Shown: piece after piece, positions 26,141-32,000 of the stretch
Numbering within the stretch: the stretch's first letter is position 1
How the letters are laid out: the number at the start of each line of letters is the position of its first letter
Source: Halomicronema hongdechloris C2206
GTDB taxonomy: Bacteria; Cyanobacteriota; Cyanobacteriia; Phormidesmidales; Phormidesmidaceae
Direction of reading: 5' to 3'
DNA: 32,000 bases
Assembly: GCF_002075285.3 (NCBI RefSeq)
Contig: NZ_CP021983.2
Span: 1,080,001-1,112,000 of the forward strand
The notes under the pieces: model-generated
Told to the model about the DNA's origin: nothing
Database searches by the model: none
What the model saw: the letters and a program-made list of their open reading frames with translations, nothing else
Program-made: the position numbers and the translations under genes

Positions 26141-26947
26141 ATGGAGCTACCTCATGGTCTCCTGCTTATGTCTCAGCCTGTGATGCTAGCTTCTGACACA
26201 ATTGAAGCGGATGGAGTGCACTGTCCTCCGACTAACCTGTGGAGTGATGAACCCCCCTTGGAAAGTGACTTTCACCGAGACCAAATTGACCTGCTCATCG
26301 GGATTTTGCGGTGGTGGTGGCGAGATCGCGACGATGCCTACGTCTCAGGCAACTTGACGGTTTATTACAATCAGCAGCAGCTTAAGTCTCGCGATTTTAG
26401 AGGCCCAGACTTCTTCGTGGTTTTAGGTACAGAGAAAAAAGATCGCCGAAGTTGGGTGGTTTGGGATGAACAAGGCCAATATCCGAACCTGATTCTAGAG
26501 ATTTTGTCAAATTCGACCAGGCAGGTCGATAAAGGTCCCAAAAAACAGCTTTATCAAAATATCTTTCGCACCCCAGACTACTTCTGGTTTGACCCTGACA
26601 CGGTCGAGCTCCAGGGATTTCATCTGCTGGATGGCCAGTATGAATCAATCCAGCCCACGGAGCAAGGCTGGCTCTGGAGTCAGCAACTAGAGCTCTACCT
26701 GGGGGTCAATAAGAACAAGCTGCGGTTTTTTACCTCAGACGGTGAGCTCATTCCCTCTCCAGAAGAATTGGCCGCGCAAGAGCACCAACGGGCTGAGCAA
26801 GAGCACCAACGGGCTGAGCAAGAGCGCCAACGGGCTGAGCAAGAGCGCCAACGGGCTGAGCAAGAGCGCCAACGGGCTGAGCAAGCGGAGCAGGAACTTG
26901 AGCAGCTAAGAGCTCAGATGAAGTCACGAGGCACCGAAGCCGACTGA
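26141..26947 (+). CDS. Uma2-family (DUF820) PD-(D/E)xK endonuclease with repetitive coiled-coil tail
   Basis: 268 aa. EPPLESDFHRDQIDLL, GPDFFVVLG, WVVWDEQGQYPNLILEILSNST, KKQLYQNIFRTPDYFWFDP and LRFFTSDGELIPSPEE are typical of cyanobacterial Uma2 proteins. The tail reads (QE[HR]QRAE) x5. Confidence 0.85.
   Translation: MELPHGLLLMSQPVMLASDTIEADGVHCPPTNLWSDEPPLESDFHRDQIDLLIGILRWWWRDRDDAYVSGNLTVYYNQQQLKSRDFRGPDFFVVLGTEKKDRRSWVVWDEQGQYPNLILEILSNSTRQVDKGPKKQLYQNIFRTPDYFWFDPDTVELQGFHLLDGQYESIQPTEQGWLWSQQLELYLGVNKNKLRFFTSDGELIPSPEELAAQEHQRAEQEHQRAEQERQRAEQERQRAEQERQRAEQAEQELEQLRAQMKSRGTEAD
26777..26881 (+). repeat. 21-bp tandem repeat x5 (CAAGAGC[A/G]CCAACGGGCTGAG) in the Uma2 3' region
   Basis: Five consecutive units. 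Units 1-2 carry A at position 8 (His codon) and units 3-5 carry G (Arg codon); otherwise they are identical. Confidence 0.95.
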
Positions 26948-27022
26948 TAGCGTTTCAGTGTAGGTTCTGGATTCATCCTGGCAGACTTTGAGCGGCCCTA
27001 AAGCATACGAGGGGCGATCGCG

Positions 27023-27211
27023 CTCTGTCTACAGAAAAGCCAGCTGTTTCCGCCAGTGGCAAATTCGCTGGCTGCGATCGCGCGATATTAGCGATCGCAC
27101 CCGCAGCGTTTGTGAACTCGAAGCCCCTGCGCCGAATCAGTGCGACAGTCTTGCCGCAGGCCAGGGTCCCTTTCGAATCGCATCTGGGCCACCGAGCTAC
27201 AAGAACCCTGA
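27023..27211 (+). pseudogene. DUF4242-like paralog (copy 2), 5'-truncated and frameshifted mosaic
   Basis: The 5' part (ctctgtctac..aaaa..cagctgtttccgccag.ggcaaattcgctggctgc) is near-identical to copy 3. The 3' part (gcgatcgcacccgcagc...gaagcccctg...catctgggcc.ccgagctacaagaaccctga) matches copy 1. Relative to copy 1 there is a 1-nt deletion near 27128-27133 and a 2-nt insertion near 27170-27180. No N-terminal start region is present. Confidence 0.7.
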
Positions 27212-27315
27212 GGTTTACTCGAACGTTTTACGAACGATTTTAGATCGCCGCCTTGCTTAGCCTGAATTCAGCAATACAGAACCAGCGTATTGGCTTCAGG
27301 TGAGGGAGGCAGGCA

Positions 27316-27564
27316 ATGGCCCGCATTCTTGTCGAAATGACAGACGATTCCCTGAATCGGGAGGTGGGTAATCCCTCTGTCTACCAAAAATCCAGCTGTT
27401 TCCGCCAGCGGCAAATTCGCTGGCTGCAATCGCTGGTGTCGTGCGATCGCAATTGCAGCATCGACGAATTTGAAGCCGCAGACGCCGAATCGGTTGGCAC
27501 TGCTTACCGCAGCGCCAGAATTCCCTTTGAGCGCGTTTGGATGGCTGATGTGCGCAAAGAATAA
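27316..27564 (+). CDS. DUF4242-like small protein (copy 3)
   Basis: 82 aa. IRWLQSLVSCDRNCSIDEFEAADAESVGTAYRSARIPFERVW. It is roughly 40 percent identical to copy 1 by my hand alignment, with the conserved core retained. Confidence 0.65.
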   Translation: MARILVEMTDDSLNREVGNPSVYQKSSCFRQRQIRWLQSLVSCDRNCSIDEFEAADAESVGTAYRSARIPFERVWMADVRKE

Positions 27565-27710
27565 CCCTTCACCCACCTGAACACCACTGATGTCACAACC
27601 GCAAAATCATGAACCAACATCCATGCCGAACCGCTTTAGTCCAGGGATTCCATGATGTCACCCGGATAGCCCAAATCTGCTGGACATGGATCTACCAGGC
27701 TGGGAGAAAA

Positions 27711-28319
27711 ATGACCCCTAAAACAGTCTGGAGCCAATCAGGCTTACTGGCGGTTATCCTGGGCAGCCTGCTATTCACCGGTGGGGCGATCGCCCTCGAT
27801 TCGCCTTCTGCTCAGCCTCCAAACGGCATGGGCAATGCTGCCCAAATCCTCCAGTTCGATGTTGCCGAAGATGCCAGTCGATTTGTCTTCGACGAGTCGC
27901 CAGTGCTGGAGAATGGCATGCCGAGTTATGGCAATCCCTTCGTGACCCAGGGCTATATCTATCCCCCAGGAACACTCACCGATAGCAACGGGGTTTTAGC
28001 GAACGGCGATCCTGAGTTTCCTGACCAGGTGATGGGGCAGTGGACCTGTCGGGGCTGGTTTATTGGCGAAGGCGCCGCGACGGAGACCGGACCCTGGGTG
28101 ATCAGCCATCAGCTCTATAGCCTTGGCGATCGCCCCGGCAGCAAAACCCTAACCAGCGAAGGGTATGAACTGCCCGAACCGAATGTGCCCTTTCAACGGG
28201 CGATCGTCGGCGGCACTGGCCCCTATCGCCATGCCCGTGGCCAGGTCACACAAACCTTTTTGGGCTTCAACCCTGCCGAGGGCGTCAACCTGCGCTTTCA
28301 AATTGAGGTGGAATCCTAG
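27711..28319 (+). CDS. Secreted protein, possibly dirigent / allene-oxide-cyclase-like beta-barrel
   Basis: It has a signal-peptide-like N-terminus from ATG 27711 (MTPKTVWSQSGLLAVILGSLLFTGGAIA), preceded by GGGAGA. The C-terminal motif AIVGGTGPYRHARGQV resembles the GGTG.F..ARG motif of dirigent/AOC-like proteins. The track start at 27609 adds 34 unlikely residues. Confidence 0.5.
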   Translation: MTPKTVWSQSGLLAVILGSLLFTGGAIALDSPSAQPPNGMGNAAQILQFDVAEDASRFVFDESPVLENGMPSYGNPFVTQGYIYPPGTLTDSNGVLANGDPEFPDQVMGQWTCRGWFIGEGAATETGPWVISHQLYSLGDRPGSKTLTSEGYELPEPNVPFQRAIVGGTGPYRHARGQVTQTFLGFNPAEGVNLRFQIEVES

Positions 28320-28408
28320 CCACGAATTCGACACGCCGCGCCGAGGGATGATCCACCCAAAAAATCTCCTGTCTTAAGCATTTTGATCGATAACGAGGAG
28401 GCTAACTC

Positions 28409-29488
28409 ATGACTACAACCACGCCAATCAATCAGGCGAAAGCCGAAGCCTTTGCCGACACCATGTTGGAAACCCTGAATCGAGGCGCAATCGCCCTCAT
28501 GACCTCAATAGGACATCGCACTCATCTCTTCGACACGATGGCCGATTTACCCCCCGCCAACAGTCAGCAGATTGCCGATGTGGCTGGACTGCAGGAACGC
28601 TACGTGCGGGAATGGCTGGGGGCAATGGTGACTGGCGGTATCATTGAGCATGATCCGGACAACGATACCTACCATCTACCTGCAGAGCATGCTGCGGCGC
28701 TTACCCGCGAGGCAAGTCCCGATAATGTTGCCGCCTTCGCCCAGTACATTCCTCTTCTTGGAGCCGTAGAAGATCAAATCGTTGACTGCTTTCGTGAGGG
28801 CGGTGGAGTACCCTATTCTGCCTACACCCGGTTTCATCAGGTCATGGCTGAGGACAGTGGACAGACCGTGGTGGCGGCCTTGGTGGATCACATTTTGCCG
28901 CTGGTGCCGGGGCTGACGGCAAAGCTGCAGCAGGGCATTAACGTGATGGATGTGGGCTGCGGCAGTGGCCGCGCCTTAAACACCATGGCGCAGGCCTTTC
29001 CCCACAGTCGCTTTATTGGCTATGACATCTCTGAAACGGCGATCGCCACCGCCCAGGCAGACGCCCAAGCCCAGAATCTCAGCAATGTGCAGTTCCAGGT
29101 CAAAGATGCCGCCACGCTGGAGGCCACAGCCGCCTACGACTTGATTACCACCTTTGATGCCGTCCACGACCAGGCTCACCCCCAAACAGTACTGAATAAC
29201 ATCGCCCGAGCTTTGAAGCCGGATGGCATCTACCTAATGCAAGATATTCGCGCCTCCAGCCACGTCCACGGCAACTTAGAGCATCCTGCCGGTCCCCTGC
29301 TCTATACCATCTCCTGCATGCACTGCACCTCAGTGTCCCTGGCGATGGGCGGCCCTGGTCTGGGGGCCATGTGGGGCCAAGAAAAAGCCTTGGAAATGCT
29401 GGAAGCTGCTGGGTTCGAGCAGATCGAAGTCAAACAGCTCTGCCACGACTTTCAAAACAGCTACTACCTGGCTCGAAAATTAGGTTGA
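28409..29488 (+). CDS. Class I SAM-dependent methyltransferase with N-terminal winged-helix domain (Rv2258c-like)
   Basis: 359 aa. SAM motif I is VMDVGCGSGRAL, followed by FIGYDISETAI, TTFDAVHDQAHP and LKPDGIYLMQD. The N-terminal ~90 aa are wHTH-like (SQQIADVAGLQERYVREWLGAMVTGGII). GAGGAGG lies 8 nt upstream. Confidence 0.8.
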   Translation: MTTTTPINQAKAEAFADTMLETLNRGAIALMTSIGHRTHLFDTMADLPPANSQQIADVAGLQERYVREWLGAMVTGGIIEHDPDNDTYHLPAEHAAALTREASPDNVAAFAQYIPLLGAVEDQIVDCFREGGGVPYSAYTRFHQVMAEDSGQTVVAALVDHILPLVPGLTAKLQQGINVMDVGCGSGRALNTMAQAFPHSRFIGYDISETAIATAQADAQAQNLSNVQFQVKDAATLEATAAYDLITTFDAVHDQAHPQTVLNNIARALKPDGIYLMQDIRASSHVHGNLEHPAGPLLYTISCMHCTSVSLAMGGPGLGAMWGQEKALEMLEAAGFEQIEVKQLCHDFQNSYYLARKLG

Positions 29489-29499
29489 TTGGCTGATCC

Positions 29500-30555
29500 C
29501 TATTTGTGCGCAAATTCAGGCAGGCTGAATTTGCGCCGGTAGGCTCCTGGCGTCATCTCGGTCAGGCGCTTGAACAGACGGCGAAAAGAGGCGGCATCTT
29601 CATAGCCGACGTTATAGCTAATCTGTTCGATGGCATCCGAAGTTTGTTCGAGCTGTTGCTTGGCGGCCTCCACGCGCAAATGCTGTACGTAAGCAATGGG
29701 AGAATATCCCGTGGCCTGGTCAAATCGCCGCTTAAAGCTGCGTTCTGAAAGGCCCGATCGCGCCGTCATTTCAGCCACGGGAGTGGCGATCGCAAAATGC
29801 TGATCCAGCCAGAGCTGCGCCTCTCGCATCAGGGCATCATCATGGTCGAGAGTTGGCCTAAACATCAGATAGGGGGCTTGTCCGTCTATATGCCACTGCA
29901 GGGCGAAAAACTTGGCGATCGCCTGAGCCTGATGAGGGCCAGCATGATGGGCAACCAGGTACAGCACCAGGTCATGCCAGGAGGAAGAAGCTCCCGACAT
30001 CACAAACTGCTCCCGTTCTCCGGCAATCACCAGCACCTTTTCCAGTTTGAGTTGGATATTGGGGAAGTTTTGCCGAAAGGTCGTGGCATAGGCCCAGTGC
30101 ATGGTGGCTTCTTTGCCGTCCAGCAGCCCGGTTTCGGCCAATAGCAAAACCCCTGAGCAGGCTGAACACAGAGTGGCTCCTTGGGCATACATGGCCTTCA
30201 ACCAGTCCACGACTTCGGGATAGCGCCCGGTTTGCCACTGCCCTTGAGCCACCATCACTGACGGCACGATGACGATGTCGGTGTGATCGATGTCTACGAT
30301 CGCCCGTTCTGCTCGCACTGGCTGGCCACTGGCCGTATCACTGGACAAATGACCGGCCCCTGCAATTTCCACTTGAAAGGGCGAAACCTTCGGTAGCTGG
30401 TCATCGTAGGTGCTCAGCATCGAGAACGAATTCAACACATCGTAAATACCGCTCAGGGTCGAGAGCATCGCGTCGGGCAGAGTTAGCAGGCTGATGTGCA
30501 GAGGCTGGTTACTCATGGGGGCGATTGCTGGCAGAAATGAACCGTTTGTGGCCAT
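29500..30555 (-). CDS. GlxA-family transcriptional regulator (DJ-1/PfpI-like domain + AraC-type HTH)
   Basis: The DJ-1-like part has TLCSACSGVLLLAETGLLDGKEATMHW. The AraC HTH part has MTARSGLSERSFKRRFDQATGYSPIAYVQHLRVEAAKQQLE...ISYNVGYEDAASFRRLFKR. I prefer ATG 30555 (GAGAGG upstream); the track TTG at 30573 and ATG 30516 are alternatives. Confidence 0.85.
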   Translation of the reverse strand: MATNGSFLPAIAPMSNQPLHISLLTLPDAMLSTLSGIYDVLNSFSMLSTYDDQLPKVSPFQVEIAGAGHLSSDTASGQPVRAERAIVDIDHTDIVIVPSVMVAQGQWQTGRYPEVVDWLKAMYAQGATLCSACSGVLLLAETGLLDGKEATMHWAYATTFRQNFPNIQLKLEKVLVIAGEREQFVMSGASSSWHDLVLYLVAHHAGPHQAQAIAKFFALQWHIDGQAPYLMFRPTLDHDDALMREAQLWLDQHFAIATPVAEMTARSGLSERSFKRRFDQATGYSPIAYVQHLRVEAAKQQLEQTSDAIEQISYNVGYEDAASFRRLFKRLTEMTPGAYRRKFSLPEFAHK

Positions 30556-30621
30556 TTTGCCTCTCGCGTTCAATCAACTTCTTTTTCAAGCTAACGAGTA
30601 GAGACCGTTAAGGAGAATGTC

Positions 30622-32000
30622 ATGTTAAGCACCTCAACCCTCGAACAATTTGCCGATACTCTGCGGGGTCAGCTGATTCAACCGGAGGATGCTGGCTACA
30701 ATGAGGCCCGTACAATTTATAACGCCATGATCGACAAACGGCCTCGATTCATCGCTCAGTGCGCCAATGTTGCCGATGTGATCGCAGCGGTTAAGTTCGG
30801 CCAAGCCTACCAGCTTGATACCGCCATTCGAGGGGGCGGTCATAGCGGTCCCGGCTTGGGTATCTGCGATGACGGTTTAGTGATTGATCTCTCCTTCATG
30901 CGAGGCATTCGAATCGACCCGGCAACTCGCACTGCACGCGTTGAGGGGGGCTGTCGTTGGGGCGATGTCGATCACGCCACCCATGCCTTTGGCCTCGCTA
31001 CCGTCAGCGGCATCAACTCCAACACGGGTGTTGGCGGCCTCACCTTGGGGGGTGGTCATGGTCATCTCACCCGCAAATACGGCCTCACCATCGATAACTT
31101 ACTAGAAGTCGACATTGTGCTGGCTGACGGTCATTTAGTCACCGCTAATGCCAGCCAGCATCCTGACTTGTTCTGGGCCGTGCGGGGTGGCGGCGGTAAC
31201 TTTGGCGTAATAACTTCGTTTTTGTTCCAGCTCCATCCAGTAAGCACTGTATATGCCGGGCCGACCCTGTGGCCGTTAGATCAGGCAGAAGCGGTAATGA
31301 AGTGGTATCGGGATTTTCTGCCTGCTGCCCCAGAGGATCTGAGCGGCTTTTTCATGTTTTTGCAGGTGCCACCCGCTCCACCCTTTCCAGAGCATCTGCA
31401 TTTCCAAACCATGTGTGGCGTGTTTTGGTGCTATGTCGGGGCTGAAAACCAGCTAAAGAAAGTGTTTGAGCCAGTCCAGGCAGTCGGTTCTCCGGCGTTA
31501 CACGCGATTCATCCCATGCCCTATCCGGCGCTGCAAAGTGCCTTTGATGAACTGTATCCGCCGGGGCACCAGTGGTATTGGAAGGGAGATTTTGTAAAAG
31601 ACCTCAGCGACGACGCGATTGCTCGCCACGTTCAGCATGGTTCCCAGGTACCGACCCTCCGCTCTACTATGCATCTCTACCCCATCGACGGGGCTGCCCA
31701 CAACGTTGGGAAAAACGACACGGCCTTCAGCTATCGTGATGCCACCTGGTCCGAGGTGATTGTTGGTGTCAGTCCTGAACCAGCCCACAATGACCAGCTC
31801 AGGCAGTGGACGCGAGATTACTGGGAAGCGACCCATCCCTATTCCCTGGGCGGTGCCTACGTGAACTTTTTAATGGAAGAAGGGGGCGATCGCATCAAAG
31901 CCACCTACCGAGACAACTACGACCGCCTGGTCGAAATCAAAACCCAATACGATCCGACTAATCTCTTTAGCCGCAATCAAAATATTCAGCCGAGTACCTA
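30622..32000 (+). CDS. FAD-linked oxidase with C-terminal BBE (berberine-bridge-enzyme-like) domain
   Basis: Absent from the ORF track because it reaches the window end. Hand translation gives MLSTSTLEQFADTLRGQLIQPEDAGYNEARTIYN...AIRGGGHSGPGLG...WAVRGGGGNFGVITSF...GGAYVNFLMEEG...YDRLVEIKTQYDPTNLFSRNQNI. AAGGAGA lies 5 nt upstream. 459 sense codons are followed by 'ta' at 31999-32000, probably the start of the stop codon. Confidence 0.85.
   Translation, partial: MLSTSTLEQFADTLRGQLIQPEDAGYNEARTIYNAMIDKRPRFIAQCANVADVIAAVKFGQAYQLDTAIRGGGHSGPGLGICDDGLVIDLSFMRGIRIDPATRTARVEGGCRWGDVDHATHAFGLATVSGINSNTGVGGLTLGGGHGHLTRKYGLTIDNLLEVDIVLADGHLVTANASQHPDLFWAVRGGGGNFGVITSFLFQLHPVSTVYAGPTLWPLDQAEAVMKWYRDFLPAAPEDLSGFFMFLQVPPAPPFPEHLHFQTMCGVFWCYVGAENQLKKVFEPVQAVGSPALHAIHPMPYPALQSAFDELYPPGHQWYWKGDFVKDLSDDAIARHVQHGSQVPTLRSTMHLYPIDGAAHNVGKNDTAFSYRDATWSEVIVGVSPEPAHNDQLRQWTRDYWEATHPYSLGGAYVNFLMEEGGDRIKATYRDNYDRLVEIKTQYDPTNLFSRNQNIQPST

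Noticed and set aside
25811-27564. Diversity-generating retroelement acting on the DUF4242-like paralogs
   Set aside because: There is no reverse transcriptase gene in the window. Differences between copies are not biased to adenine positions, and indels and mosaic structure point to ordinary recombination.
1-32000. tRNA, rRNA, tmRNA or riboswitch-like elements
   Set aside because: I scanned by eye for T-loop (GGTTCGAATCC-like) and anticodon-arm contexts and for conserved riboswitch cores in leaders. The few partial matches (for example 8044, 27170, 30906) lie inside coding frames and lack acceptor-stem pairing.

Overview
This looks like a chromosomal segment of a moderately GC-rich cyanobacterium. 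The HIP1 octamer GCGATCGC occurs at least two dozen times by eye, and short heptamer tandem repeats, Uma2 and XisH/XisI genes are present. I support about 27 protein-coding genes. They are: a partial PP2C phosphatase; an NfeD-SPFH operon; a PNPOx-like flavoprotein; two GSTs flanking a TetR-aquaglyceroporin pair; a MazEF toxin-antitoxin pair; a membrane-anchored protein with about 10 TPR repeats; a Cys-less rhodanese; a membrane protein with a voltage-sensor-like segment; Dps; a REC-PAS-HK-REC hybrid kinase; pyruvate kinase; two paralogous GTPase-DUF697 genes; a 1045-aa SARP/BTAD-AAA-TPR regulator; three DUF4242-like paralogs (one decayed) interleaved with a Uma2 endonuclease; a secreted dirigent/AOC-like protein; an Rv2258c-like methyltransferase; a GlxA/AraC regulator; and a BBE-like FAD oxidase. 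Two genes missing from the ORF track because they run off the window (1-1254 minus, 30622-32000 plus) were recovered by hand translation. I found no tRNA, rRNA or CRISPR array. The best candidate for an undescribed system is 22.4-27.6 kb. There, a STAND-type SARP regulator is translationally coupled to a recombining family of small DUF4242-like proteins, has a frameshift-prone heptamer tract inside its own coding sequence, and carries a perfect 34-bp duplication upstream. An enzyme set with no core synthase lies next to it. Other candidates are the canonical plus degenerate GTPase-DUF697 pair, a pore-less voltage-sensor-like protein with an inactive rhodanese, a 63-bp tandem repeat array with a conserved hairpin, and a gene-decay zone with an IS1380 remnant. 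All family assignments come from reading motifs in translations; no database search was possible.
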